The notes under the pieces: model-generated
The model's input: only the letters and a program-made list of their open reading frames with translations
Database searches by the model: none
What the model was told of the DNA's origin: nothing
In this document: one piece after another, positions 29,465 to 39,089 of the stretch
How positions within the stretch are numbered: the first letter of the stretch is position 1
Layout: each line of letters opens with the position of its first letter
IMG/VR virus record: IMGVR_UViG_3300045988_104147
Coordinates: 7,757-71,756 of that record
Length of the DNA: 64,000 nt
From: a virus
Direction: 5' to 3' (one strand)
Translations under genes and position numbers: made by a program

Positions 29465-29479
29465 AAACAAGGAGGGAAT

Positions 29480-29686
29480 ATGGAAAAGAAGGAATTTAAA
29501 GTAGGAGAAGTGTTTGATGCCGGACTTGTAAGATTAAAATGCGTGGAAGCTACGGCACCGAATTTAGGATGTGAAGGATGTATATTTAATTACTTTACAT
29601 GCGGGGCAGTGGATGTGATTGCAGGTCCGTGTAATCACGAGGAGAGGGAGGATAATAGGGATGTTATTTTTATTAAAGATGATTAG
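29480..29686 (+). CDS. hypothetical Cys-rich small protein
   Basis: ORF track; SD aaggaggg. Confidence 0.4.
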   Translation: MEKKEFKVGEVFDAGLVRLKCVEATAPNLGCEGCIFNYFTCGAVDVIAGPCNHEEREDNRDVIFIKDD

Positions 29687-29688
29687 GC

Positions 29689-30402
29689 ATGTACATCAAT
29701 TTCAGACAACTTGCAGCATCAGACATGACGCCTAATGATCTTGCCAATCTTCTTGCCATAAGACAGAAGGATACGGTTATGATCGAAGCCATGCCAGAAG
29801 AAGATGCTGGGAGATATATAGAGCTTGGCTTGGTTGAGAAATTAAAATCAGGCGTGATGAGACTAACCAACAAAGGAACGTCTTTTGTGAATTATATAGA
29901 GACACCGGAAATGACAGACGAGGTTCTGGAAACGTTGAAGATTATGATAGGGATGTACGAATCGTATTCAAAAGACATAGGTGTCAGCAGAAAAGAAGCG
30001 GAATCCAGATTGTGTTGGTTTATGGGTAATACCTCATTTAAGAAAGAGGTCATACTTCAGGTAACGGAATCTTATATAGCAGAGTCAGGAGATTACACAA
30101 TGAGCTTATGTAACTTCATATGGAAACCGCCTTCTCAGGCTTTTTCAGTCCATATGAACCTTAAAAACTCAAAGCTCTTTGACTTAATAGCTGAAAAATT
30201 TAAGATCGCTACCGAGCCTTATTTGGAGTCTAAGAAGAATAAGGAAATGGATTGGTTGTTTGCCGTATCTAAATTGCCTACGCCGCCAGCTAAAGGCAAT
30301 CCGGATTATTTGTTTACCGGAAGTTCTGAAACAGACAAAGAGCGATTGAAAAACATAAAAACATACTTATTTAACAAAATTAGAAAGCAATGGAAAAAGT
30401 AA
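29689..30402 (+). CDS. hypothetical protein (237 aa) directly upstream of the ACP gene
   Basis: ORF track. Confidence 0.45.
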   Translation: MYINFRQLAASDMTPNDLANLLAIRQKDTVMIEAMPEEDAGRYIELGLVEKLKSGVMRLTNKGTSFVNYIETPEMTDEVLETLKIMIGMYESYSKDIGVSRKEAESRLCWFMGNTSFKKEVILQVTESYIAESGDYTMSLCNFIWKPPSQAFSVHMNLKNSKLFDLIAEKFKIATEPYLESKKNKEMDWLFAVSKLPTPPAKGNPDYLFTGSSETDKERLKNIKTYLFNKIRKQWKK

Positions 30403-30641
30403 GAATCAGAAAGATAATAGAGGATATAATTATTACTCAGTTTCTTAATTCGGAAATAGATATAGTTCATGAAGAAGATGTGACGTTTAAAGAACTTGGA
30501 TTAGATTCTGTTGATCGAATTGAGCTTGATGTGATGGTGGAACAAAAATTCAATATTGTTATTATTGATTATGATATGGAGACCATCAAAGATATGACTG
30601 ATCTTGTTTACAAAATAATAACAGAAGGGTATGGGAAGTGA
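30390..30641 (+). CDS. acpP: acyl carrier protein-like (FKELGLDSVDRIELDVMVEQKFNI, i.e. phosphopantetheine-site DSL/helix II signature)
   Basis: whole 83-aa sequence aligns by eye to canonical ACP, including the conserved Ser. Confidence 0.6.
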   Translation: MEKVRIRKIIEDIIITQFLNSEIDIVHEEDVTFKELGLDSVDRIELDVMVEQKFNIVIIDYDMETIKDMTDLVYKIITEGYGK

Positions 30642-31125
30642 TATAATTTTATGCATGGCTTTAATAGCGTCATTTGCTTTTGTTATACAGTTTTTGTTGT
30701 CGATATTAGGATCTGATCTGGATACGGATATTGACATTGACAGTGCTTCTGATTTAAGTATGTCTTTGTCGGACATCATATCATTCAAGGGCATAACACA
30801 TTTTATTCTTGGATATAGCTGGACTACCTACTTTTCGGGTTCCCATTTAGTAGGGGTTGTGATAGGGTCGTTTTTCTTTATCGTTTTGTTTTACGTATAT
30901 AAGTTACTTCTTAAGTTAAAGCAAGAAATGGTGTACGAATGTCCGGAAGATTTAAATGGCAGAGAGGTGGAGATAGTGTTTAGATCAGGGAAGAATCATT
31001 ATATGGTAAATATTTCGAAAAATGGAAGACAAGAGCAAATGAGAGTAAGATGCTTGTCTGGAAAAACCTACAAAAACGGCGACAAGGTGAATATAAAATA
31101 CGAAGAAGGAGAATTAAGTATCTAA
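30631..31125 (+). CDS. NfeD-like membrane protein (YuaF/YqiJ type: N-terminal TM helices plus C-terminal OB-like domain)
   Basis: topology and position immediately upstream of the flotillin gene. Confidence 0.55.
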   Translation: MGSDIILCMALIASFAFVIQFLLSILGSDLDTDIDIDSASDLSMSLSDIISFKGITHFILGYSWTTYFSGSHLVGVVIGSFFFIVLFYVYKLLLKLKQEMVYECPEDLNGREVEIVFRSGKNHYMVNISKNGRQEQMRVRCLSGKTYKNGDKVNIKYEEGELSI

Positions 31126-31157
31126 TTTTTTTTATCAACAATTAAATTTTAAAAGTT

Positions 31158-32858
31158 ATGACAACAATCATGTACGTGTCAGCTATTTTAGCTGTAGTGA
31201 TTATTTTGACAATCATCGGAGTCTTATCAAGGTATCGTAGATGTAAGCCTAATCAGGTCTTGGTCGTTTATGGTAAGACAGGTGGGGAAAAGAAGTCGGC
31301 GAAATTATATCATGGTGGAGCGGCATTTGTCTTGCCTATTATTCAAAGCTATGATGTTTTGTCAATGGAGCCTATGCAAATAGATTGCAAGCTTACCGGT
31401 GCTTTGTCATCTCAGAATATTAGAGTAGATGTACCTACGACCATTACAGTAGCTATCAGTACAAATCCCGAAATCATGCAAAATGCGGCAGAAAGACTTT
31501 TGGGGATGGATACCGAATCTACTGAAAATCTTATTACGGACATCGTTTACGGTCAGATGCGTTTGATTATTGCTGAAATGACAATCGAAAAACTTAATTC
31601 TGACAGGGATGAGTTTTTGGATAAGGCGAGAAAGAACATTGATAACGAGCTTAACAAGTTAGGTCTTTACCTCCTGAACATCAACATCAGTGACATCAGA
31701 GACGAAGCAGGTTATATTATGAACCTTGGTAAGGAGGCTGAAAGTAGGGCTCTGAACGAAGCGCAGGCTAATATCGAAGAGCAGGAGAAGCTGGGTGCTA
31801 TTAAGATTGCTGTACAGCAGAAGGAGAAAGAAACGGCTGTGGCTAATACCAAAAAAGAACAAGAGATTCAAATTGCTTGTACTGAAAAAGAAAAGGAAAC
31901 GATAGTAGCTGAAACGAAGAAAGAAAAAGAAATAGCTTTAGCTTTAACCGATAAAGAGAAACAGATCGGTGTAGCTCAAGCAGATAGAGACAGGGCTGCG
32001 GTTATTGCAAAGACTTTGGCTGATAAGGAATCAGCGATCGTAAGATCTAAGGCAGAACTTGAAGTAAATAAAGCCGAGGCTGAAAGGATGGAAGAAGTCG
32101 GAAAGAATAAGGCTGAAGCTGACAAGGAAGCAGCTATAGCAATACAAGACTCTGAAGCTCAGATTAAGAAGGCTGAGGCTGAGAAAAATGCGTCTATAGG
32201 ATACAACAATGCCCAGAAGGAGGTTGCTGTGTCAGTATCAGAACTACAGATCATCAAAGCTCAATCAGAGAAGAAGGCCGGAGAAGAAAAAGTTAAATCG
32301 GAAGCGGCTGTAAAAACAGCAAAAGAGCTTGCCGACAAAGAAGTGGAAGAAGCTAAGGCTAAGAAAGTTCAGGCTGCGCTTAAGGCTGAAAAGATTGTGC
32401 CGGCTGAAACCCAGAAGGAAGAGGCTATCTTGCAAGCTGATGCCGAGGCCGAGAAGATCAAACGCCGGGCTGAGGCTGAGGCAGCAGCACATTTGGCAAA
32501 AGCTGAGGCGGAGGCAAAAGCTATTCAGATGAAGCTGGAGGCAGAAGCCGAAGGTAAGAAAAAGTCGTTAATGGCAGAAGCCGACGGATTTAAGGCTATG
32601 GTGGAAGCAGCAGAATCCAATCCTCAGATCGCCATCCAGTACAAGATGGTTAATCAGTGGAAAGAAATTGCTGGAGAACAGGTTAAGGCATTTGAGCACA
32701 TTAACCTCGGAAATATCACGGTATTTGACGGCGGTCAGAACAGTACCGGTAATTTCCTTAACAATGTTGTCAAGACCATCGCTCCGGCATTGGGAGTCAT
32801 AGATCAGCTTCCGATTGCAGATACTTTAAAGAAGTTAAAAGGAGATGACAAAAAATAA
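31158..32858 (+). CDS. floT: flotillin-like SPFH/band-7 protein (FloT/YqiK type) with N-terminal TM anchor and long A/E/K-rich flotillin repeats
   Basis: N-terminal TM plus SPFH start YRRCKPNQVLVVYGK, then EA/KE repeat region. Confidence 0.7.
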   Translation: MTTIMYVSAILAVVIILTIIGVLSRYRRCKPNQVLVVYGKTGGEKKSAKLYHGGAAFVLPIIQSYDVLSMEPMQIDCKLTGALSSQNIRVDVPTTITVAISTNPEIMQNAAERLLGMDTESTENLITDIVYGQMRLIIAEMTIEKLNSDRDEFLDKARKNIDNELNKLGLYLLNINISDIRDEAGYIMNLGKEAESRALNEAQANIEEQEKLGAIKIAVQQKEKETAVANTKKEQEIQIACTEKEKETIVAETKKEKEIALALTDKEKQIGVAQADRDRAAVIAKTLADKESAIVRSKAELEVNKAEAERMEEVGKNKAEADKEAAIAIQDSEAQIKKAEAEKNASIGYNNAQKEVAVSVSELQIIKAQSEKKAGEEKVKSEAAVKTAKELADKEVEEAKAKKVQAALKAEKIVPAETQKEEAILQADAEAEKIKRRAEAEAAAHLAKAEAEAKAIQMKLEAEAEGKKKSLMAEADGFKAMVEAAESNPQIAIQYKMVNQWKEIAGEQVKAFEHINLGNITVFDGGQNSTGNFLNNVVKTIAPALGVIDQLPIADTLKKLKGDDKK

Positions 32859-32866
32859 ATACAATG

Positions 32867-32888
32867 GCCCAAGGTTACACTTGGGCCT
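32867..32888 (+). terminator. perfect 8-bp hairpin (ggcccaag gttaca cttgggcc) right after the flotillin stop
   Basis: inverted repeat; no strong T-run follows, so terminator function is uncertain. Confidence 0.3.
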
Positions 32889-33021
32889 AATTGAAGAAGC
32901 AAAAGCAGCATTTATAGATTTCATGCCAGCAGGAATAGTGATTTTTAGTGCTTTATTGATTAATATATTTTTAATATGGATTTTGGACAAGATTTAGAAC
33001 CAGAAGAACTGACCGGACATT

Positions 33022-33381
33022 ATGATCAGTGTTATGGAATTGATTTTGAAACAGAAGAAGAGGAGGATGAAGAATATGACTGATGAGGAATTTGCATTAG
33101 ATAATAAAAAAAAGGTTGTTGTAAGAAAAAGAATATCTTATTTAAACAAAGGTGATAAAGTGTGGATCGTGTCTTCCGACGGGTATCTGCTGCACACGGA
33201 CGTAGTTAGAGCCGACCGAGGCCGATCTTATGTGGATATAGACGGGATACTGTATTGGAAACGTGGATTGGATGGCAAACATCGTAATCGTAACAATTAC
33301 ATGCAGTTCGCCATGACACCAGAAGACGGTAAGAAGTATGTCGTATATTACCCGGAAGGATTTAAAGACGATAGCTTATGA
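33022..33381 (+). CDS. hypothetical protein (true start may be an internal Met)
   Basis: ORF track. Confidence 0.4.
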   Translation: MISVMELILKQKKRRMKNMTDEEFALDNKKKVVVRKRISYLNKGDKVWIVSSDGYLLHTDVVRADRGRSYVDIDGILYWKRGLDGKHRNRNNYMQFAMTPEDGKKYVVYYPEGFKDDSL

Positions 33382-34397
33382 TGGTCCCGGAAACACATTT
33401 GCTATATAAGGAGTTTAATGGCGTGAAACGTCTTGCCATTTCTTATTCCCAGATAGACACGTTTCTTACTTGTCCAATGAAATGGTATAAGACTTATGTG
33501 GAAGGTAAAAGATCTACGGAAAAACAAGAAGCTACGTCTTATGGTACGGTTATTCATAAGACACTGGAATACTTCTTTAAGAACGGAAGACAGCCTTCTG
33601 GTAAAGACCTTGGAGAAGCGATAAGTTACTATGCTTACCAAGAAGACATACCTTGGCAATCACCGGAAAATATGATGATGGCCATGAAGCAATCTGGGGA
33701 ACTTCTTGCTTGGATTGTGGATCTGTTCAAAAAAGACGGCAATAGGTTTATGATAGCTGATAGTGATCTTAATCCCTGCGAGAAACTTATCAGACACGGC
33801 GCTATAGTTGGAGTCGAAGAAGATTTTGTGCTGCCGTATCGTCTTCCTAAGCCTGTTGATATAAATGGTGACGTTCATACACATGTGTACATAGTAGGAT
33901 CGGTAGACCTTCATCTGGCTATAAAAAGCAAGAACGTAGTTCACCATTATGTCATAGATTGGAAATCAGGGAATAAGGTTTTTGATTCTAAGAAGCTGGA
34001 AACAAATTTACAGCACCCTATATATTCGTTTTACATCTATAGAAAATATGGTGGGGTTCTACCAGATATGAACATCTATTTCTTTACCAGAACCAGGCAG
34101 TACCAAAAGGTTAAGGTAGATGAAGAACGTAAAACAAAATCTATAGAGATGCTAAATGACACTTTATCTAAAATGTATGATTTTGAAGATAATAGTGTAA
34201 AAACATTTCAGGCACACATCCAGGGGGCAGAAGGAGCCAGGTATAGCAAGCGGCGTGCCATCCTAAGCCAGCCTATTCCGCAAAACAAGCTACCCTGCCC
34301 GTCAGCACTGTGTTATTATTGTGACTTTGGATTACATAACAAAAACGAATGCCCTTTCTCTTCGGATTGGGATCCGTCTAAAAAGATAAAACGATGA
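33378..34397 (+). CDS. Cas4-like PD-(D/E)XK exonuclease with 4-Cys Fe-S cluster (N-terminal CPMKWY; IDWKSG; Q..Y; C-terminal Cx5Cx2Cx9C)
   Basis: RecB-nuclease motifs and Cas4-style cysteine arrangement read by eye. Confidence 0.6.
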   Translation: MMVPETHLLYKEFNGVKRLAISYSQIDTFLTCPMKWYKTYVEGKRSTEKQEATSYGTVIHKTLEYFFKNGRQPSGKDLGEAISYYAYQEDIPWQSPENMMMAMKQSGELLAWIVDLFKKDGNRFMIADSDLNPCEKLIRHGAIVGVEEDFVLPYRLPKPVDINGDVHTHVYIVGSVDLHLAIKSKNVVHHYVIDWKSGNKVFDSKKLETNLQHPIYSFYIYRKYGGVLPDMNIYFFTRTRQYQKVKVDEERKTKSIEMLNDTLSKMYDFEDNSVKTFQAHIQGAEGARYSKRRAILSQPIPQNKLPCPSALCYYCDFGLHNKNECPFSSDWDPSKKIKR

Positions 34398-34567
34398 AAT
34401 ACGAGGACGTTCAAAAGTTAAGAACAAAATACCGGCAAGATCCGGAAGTCATATATCTTGAAGAGATGAGGAACGTGGCGGTACGGTGCGGAAATTTTAA
34501 AAAGGCGTTTGAGTTCCAGGAGAAACTTGAGGCTATTTGGTTTAACTACTTAAAGGGAGTGCAATGA
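34394..34567 (+). CDS. hypothetical small protein (57 aa), ATGA-coupled at both ends
   Basis: ORF I translated by hand (MKYEDVQKLRTKYRQDPEV...); below the ORF-track length cutoff. Confidence 0.35.
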   Translation: MKYEDVQKLRTKYRQDPEVIYLEEMRNVAVRCGNFKKAFEFQEKLEAIWFNYLKGVQ

Positions 34568-34887
34568 AAGAAGATCTAATATGTGGAGTAGCGATCCTTT
34601 TGTATTTAGTTTTATTATACTTGCTTACGACAATTTTCATAAAAACAGGTGAAGCAGTAGATCGTTATAAGATGAAGAAGAAAACTGACAAAATCAAAGT
34701 AGGTCAAAGATACGAATATAAGAACTACTTTAAGGATCCATTTGAAAGAGGCAAGCATGTGATTAAGATATTAATCATAAAAGAAGGGTACGCTCTATAT
34801 GAGTACGAAGAAAAACTATATATACGTTCTTCTGAGAGTCTTGAAGATATTGTTAAAAAATATATTTTAATTACTGATATAGAATAA
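34564..34887 (+). CDS. hypothetical protein with N-terminal TM helix
   Basis: ORF track. Confidence 0.4.
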   Translation: MKEDLICGVAILLYLVLLYLLTTIFIKTGEAVDRYKMKKKTDKIKVGQRYEYKNYFKDPFERGKHVIKILIIKEGYALYEYEEKLYIRSSESLEDIVKKYILITDIE

Positions 34888-34893
34888 GGGGTT

Positions 34894-35280
34894 ATGGAAA
34901 AGAAAGTCACAATCAAAGAAGGGATGGGTATTTTTTACAAAAATGCAGGGAAAGATATATGGGTCTATATTGGACTTTTTGGAAATAAAGTGCTATCCAT
35001 TTTAAAAAACAAAGGTGTTGTTGCATGTGAAAACGATGCTGAATATTGCGTGTTGATGGATGGAGAAGATCATTTTATAAGTATATCAAAAGACATGAGT
35101 CACGATTATTGTTGCGAGTACGTTGTAGAAAGAGCAGAAGCCCACAGAGACTACCCCTCCAAAGGTGTTACATGCAGTGTATGCCTGTTTGAAGATAATG
35201 AGAATAAAGCAAGAGAGATGTTAAAGGAGGCGATAATAGAACTTTCAAAAAACAGCAAAATAGATTGCGATGGGCTTTGA
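34894..35280 (+). CDS. hypothetical Cys-rich protein
   Basis: ORF track. Confidence 0.45.
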   Translation: MEKKVTIKEGMGIFYKNAGKDIWVYIGLFGNKVLSILKNKGVVACENDAEYCVLMDGEDHFISISKDMSHDYCCEYVVERAEAHRDYPSKGVTCSVCLFEDNENKAREMLKEAIIELSKNSKIDCDGL

Positions 35281-36691
35281 ACTTAGACCTTACCAAAAAG
35301 AGGCCGTAGATGCCGGGCTTAAGTTTCTTACAGGAAGATCTAAGAAGCCTGGCATAATCGTAGCTCCATGCGGATGTGGAAAGAGCCTTCTGATATCCAA
35401 GATAGCACATGAAATAAATAGACCGACGTTAGTATTACAGCCCTCAAAAGAGATTCTGGAACAGAATTATGCAAAGGCTGTATCATTCGGTTCTAAACCT
35501 ACCATATATTCTGCTTCATGTGGTATAAAGGAACTGTCGGCTATGACTTATGCAACATTAAAGAGCATAAAGAAAGATGTAGTGAGGTTGAAGGATATAG
35601 GGATAGATACCTTATTGATAGACGAATGTCATTCAGGATATTCTCCTGAAGAAGGTTCTGAATTTATGGAGTTTATGAACGAGTTTCCAGAGGCGAAGGT
35701 GCTGGGCTTCACCGCCACGCCCTGCCGCCTCCGGACCTACAGCTCCATGCTGGAAGGAAACTACAGCAAACTTAATATGCTGACGAAAGACGAGCATAAT
35801 TTCTTTAAGAAGATAGTTCATGTAACTCAAATACAAGAGCTAACTTCTCAGGGATTTTGGTGCCCTCTTAAGTACGAACGATGGTCGTTTGATGAATCGG
35901 CTCTGATGTTAAACAGCACCGGAGCCGAATACACCAACGAATCTATTAAAGAAAGCATTGTACGAAACGGCTTAAACAACTCTATCTACAAGCGCCTTCT
36001 TCAACTTATGAACGAACGTAAAGCCATTTTGGTTTGTATGGATTCTATCGAATCATGTAATAGAATATCAGAGTTTATGAATGCCAGGATGGGAGCCATA
36101 ACCGGTGTCGTAACATCATTAACAACCAAAAAGAAAAGAGAGCAAATCATATCCGACTTCAAAGAAGGTAAGTTGAAGGTCGTGTTTAATTATTCAACGC
36201 TTGCTACCGGATTTGATTTTCCTGAACTTGATTGTGTGATGTTTGGGCGACCAACATTTTCATATTCAACATATTACCAGGTGCTCGGCAGGTGCGTTCG
36301 TATTCATCCTGACAAGAAAGAGGCGCTAATTATTGACTGCTGCGACAACATGAGGCGTTTCGGCCGGATAGAAGATTTAACGATCGAACAATTTCCTTCT
36401 AAGGGCTGGTGTATGTTTGCCGGCAATCAGCTTCTATCCAATATAAGGATGGGTGATATTATTACCAAAGACGAGATCCTTCGCCGGGCAGCCTCGCTTA
36501 AATCTGTGAATGGAGATGGTAGGAGAGAAGATGATCTTGACAGTATAATAATGTGGTTTGGAAAATATGAAGGAATTAGATTCAAAGACATACCGGTGTC
36601 GTATTTTAGGTTCTTGGCTGAGAATATGGCAGTAAAACAGGGAGATAGGAAAGAAAAGATTATCGAATATTATAATAGGATAAAAGCATGA
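35270..36691 (+). CDS. SF2 DEAD/DEAH-type DNA helicase (motif I APCGCGKS; motif II DECH; motif VI QVLGRCVRI)
   Basis: helicase motifs read by eye. Confidence 0.7.
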   Translation: MGFELRPYQKEAVDAGLKFLTGRSKKPGIIVAPCGCGKSLLISKIAHEINRPTLVLQPSKEILEQNYAKAVSFGSKPTIYSASCGIKELSAMTYATLKSIKKDVVRLKDIGIDTLLIDECHSGYSPEEGSEFMEFMNEFPEAKVLGFTATPCRLRTYSSMLEGNYSKLNMLTKDEHNFFKKIVHVTQIQELTSQGFWCPLKYERWSFDESALMLNSTGAEYTNESIKESIVRNGLNNSIYKRLLQLMNERKAILVCMDSIESCNRISEFMNARMGAITGVVTSLTTKKKREQIISDFKEGKLKVVFNYSTLATGFDFPELDCVMFGRPTFSYSTYYQVLGRCVRIHPDKKEALIIDCCDNMRRFGRIEDLTIEQFPSKGWCMFAGNQLLSNIRMGDIITKDEILRRAASLKSVNGDGRREDDLDSIIMWFGKYEGIRFKDIPVSYFRFLAENMAVKQGDRKEKIIEYYNRIKA

Positions 36692-37050
36692 ACAACAAAA
36701 GACGTAAGAAAATAGAGGATATTATTTCCAATTTGGAAAAGCATAAAACAGATCTTGAGTTTATCAAATCAAAGCTGTCAGAGGTCAGGCATAATCTGGA
36801 TTCAGCCAAGGATGATGTTGATATGATTTTAGACGAGGAGACAGAAGCAAGAGACAATATGCCGGAGCCGTTACAAGATACAGAAAGATATTATCAATCA
36901 GATGAGGCTGTAGCTAATATGGAGGCGGTTGTTGATGATATGGAAAGTATTGTAGGGGATTTAGAGAATGCGGTTTCAACCATTGATGATAAAATCGATG
37001 AGATAGAAACTGATATTATAGGAAATTTAGAGGCAGCCATAGGCGCATAA
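36688..37050 (+). CDS. hypothetical acidic coiled-coil protein
   Basis: ORF track. Confidence 0.45.
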   Translation: MNNKRRKKIEDIISNLEKHKTDLEFIKSKLSEVRHNLDSAKDDVDMILDEETEARDNMPEPLQDTERYYQSDEAVANMEAVVDDMESIVGDLENAVSTIDDKIDEIETDIIGNLEAAIGA

Positions 37051-37081
37051 TATAAAAATACAACCATAAAATTTAACACAA

Positions 37082-37117
37082 TATATTTGTATAGATATAA
37101 TACGATACATATTTTTG
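37082..37117 (+). promoter_or_regulatory. candidate Bacteroidota-type promoter: TTTG (-33-like, 37086..37089), then 20 nt, then TATTTTTG (TAnnTTTG -7-like, 37110..37117), 33 nt upstream of the KilA-N gene
   Basis: motif match in an AT-rich intergenic region; could be chance. Confidence 0.25.
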
Positions 37118-37149
37118 TATCGTATTATTTTTTTTATGTGTTATATTTT

Positions 37150-37884
37150 ATGAAAACAAATGTTACAATGGTATCAAAAGACCGAGAATTATTTGGCGTA
37201 ATAATTAAGCAGGACACTAAAACTTCGTTTATGTCCTTAACAGACCTTCAGGAAGCCTATACGAAGAAGAGGGTTGAGATGGGGTGGAATGAAAAGAGAA
37301 TAGAAAATATCCTATCTAATAAGGAGAGTGCGGAACGTGTTTACTATATCCTTGAAAAACAAGGATATAAGATAGAATCAGGATTTCCTGGTTTTATACA
37401 ATCTGTTGAAAAAGAGTCACTTATAAAAGTGATGAAAAAAATGGGAGCTTATAAGACAATGGGTAGAGGAGAGAATAGGAGAACTATGTGTAATCCATAT
37501 ATATGGGTGCTTGTAGCTATGGAACTAAACCCTATGTTGTATGCTGAGGTTGTTACGTGGTTAACAGATAAGCTTATCTTAAACCGAATAGAGGCAGGTG
37601 ATAAATACAATGTCTTATCAAGAGCTATATCAAGATTTCCGGATGCCGATTACTCCAAGATGGCTAAAGGTTTAAATTGGATTGTATTTAATGAGCATGA
37701 AAGCATGATAAGAAATAGGGCTACACAGGAGCAGTTGAAAGAACTTGAAACCCTACAGTCTAATCTTGCATTCTGCATAGAGATGGGAACCATCTCTTCT
37801 TTCTCTAATTTAATGAACATGATGAGGTCTATATATGTAAAGAAATGGGGAGAAGAGGCTGTAACTTCTAAAAACGTAAAATAA
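37150..37884 (+). CDS. KilA-N domain protein
   Basis: N-terminal region resembles KilA-N/APSES DNA-binding domain; start moved to MKTNVTM after a T8 tract. Confidence 0.45.
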   Translation: MKTNVTMVSKDRELFGVIIKQDTKTSFMSLTDLQEAYTKKRVEMGWNEKRIENILSNKESAERVYYILEKQGYKIESGFPGFIQSVEKESLIKVMKKMGAYKTMGRGENRRTMCNPYIWVLVAMELNPMLYAEVVTWLTDKLILNRIEAGDKYNVLSRAISRFPDADYSKMAKGLNWIVFNEHESMIRNRATQEQLKELETLQSNLAFCIEMGTISSFSNLMNMMRSIYVKKWGEEAVTSKNVK

Positions 37885-37885
37885 T

Positions 37886-38173
37886 ATGGGAGTAAAAGAA
37901 ATAAGAGAACTACTTAGACTCTACAATCTCGAACATAGTGTCGTCCAGAACAAAAACTCTGGGCGGTATTCTATTATTCTCCATAACAACATCATAGGAA
38001 CGAACGTGGATGGAGAGAAGGTAGTTGTGTTCAGAACCATTCCGGATGGAAGCAATACGTTCTCTATGGAGCGAAATAGATTCTATGAGGGGTTTGTAGA
38101 GGCTTTTGATGACGATAAGGCGATTGAAGCCGTAAGACAGTATTTTGAGAAAAACAGAAATGATAGGGTATAA
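37886..38173 (+). CDS. hypothetical protein
   Basis: ORF track. Confidence 0.4.
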   Translation: MGVKEIRELLRLYNLEHSVVQNKNSGRYSIILHNNIIGTNVDGEKVVVFRTIPDGSNTFSMERNRFYEGFVEAFDDDKAIEAVRQYFEKNRNDRV

Positions 38174-38225
38174 GACGAAGATGGATTATATTACTATCGA
38201 AATGAGGTAAAACAACGATAAAACA

Positions 38226-38783
38226 ATGGAAAAGATGGATGATAATACTAAAAATATCCTTTATCCAAAAGGATCTATTTTTCGCATATTGAAAGATGAT
38301 ATAATCAGTGCCGAATTTAAAGTCGCCAAAGGAGCTATAGCGGAGGCAGTATCAGACATAGAAGTAAATGATAAATATGCTGAGGTTTGTTGCAATGGGG
38401 AGACGTTCGTTATAGAAACGGATATTATGGGTATTATTCTTACCAAAGACCCCATAGAAAACAAATCGGTGAAAAATGACATCATAGACGACAAACTACG
38501 ATGGGATTTACTTCCTATGGAAGAGATTGAAGACATTGTAAGAGTCTATCATGCTGGCGCAAAGAAGTACGGACCTAACAATTGGCAGAATCTTGATAAC
38601 GGCTTTGAACGGTATCGTGCTGCGGCTGCCAGACACCTAATGGAATACATGAAAGGAGAAAGAATAGATTCAGATACAGGGTGTTTTCATCTTGCACAAT
38701 GTGCGTGGAACTGTATAGCTATGCTATGGTATGATAAGCACGGGAAAGGGTTAATACCATTAAATAAGGAGGAAAAGAAATGA
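38226..38783 (+). CDS. dATP/dGTP pyrophosphohydrolase-like domain protein (RWDLLP ... YHAGAKKYGPNNW signature)
   Basis: hallmark RWDLLP motif of the phage dNTP diphosphohydrolase family, read by eye. Confidence 0.45.
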   Translation: MEKMDDNTKNILYPKGSIFRILKDDIISAEFKVAKGAIAEAVSDIEVNDKYAEVCCNGETFVIETDIMGIILTKDPIENKSVKNDIIDDKLRWDLLPMEEIEDIVRVYHAGAKKYGPNNWQNLDNGFERYRAAAARHLMEYMKGERIDSDTGCFHLAQCAWNCIAMLWYDKHGKGLIPLNKEEKK

Positions 38784-39088
38784 CAAAAGAACAAATGATT
38801 CAACTGTTAGACACAGAGCTTGATGCAATGAACAAACACAGAAGTAATATTGAAAGAATTAAAAAGGAATATTTCGATTCTGTTTATGGATTCAAGAAGG
38901 GGGATAAAGTGAACGTTCTTTACAAACGTTCGAAAGCACCTCTTGTTGGTTTCTTCAAGAGCGTTCAAATCATGAATACTGGAACAGTTATATTTACAAT
39001 CCAGGAAGTTAATAAAGAAGGAAGACCTGGAAGAGGATCTTATTTGGTGTATGAAGGCGATTTAAGTGAAATCAAAAAAGTAGAATAA
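38780..39088 (+). CDS. hypothetical protein
   Basis: ORF track; SD aaggagg. Confidence 0.4.
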   Translation: MTKEQMIQLLDTELDAMNKHRSNIERIKKEYFDSVYGFKKGDKVNVLYKRSKAPLVGFFKSVQIMNTGTVIFTIQEVNKEGRPGRGSYLVYEGDLSEIKKVE

Positions 39089-39089
39089 C

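Noticed and set aside
29689-30402. Phosphopantetheinyl transferase upstream of the ACP gene
   Set aside because: Only a weak KEA-like match (VSRKEAESR) is present and no GxD or hhDhE PPTase motifs, so the evidence is insufficient.
32329-32532. Arg-rich 67-aa ORF (MPTKKWKKLRLRKFRLRLRLK...)
   Set aside because: It is the alternate-frame reading of the GAG/GCT-rich flotillin repeat region, so it is a frame artefact.
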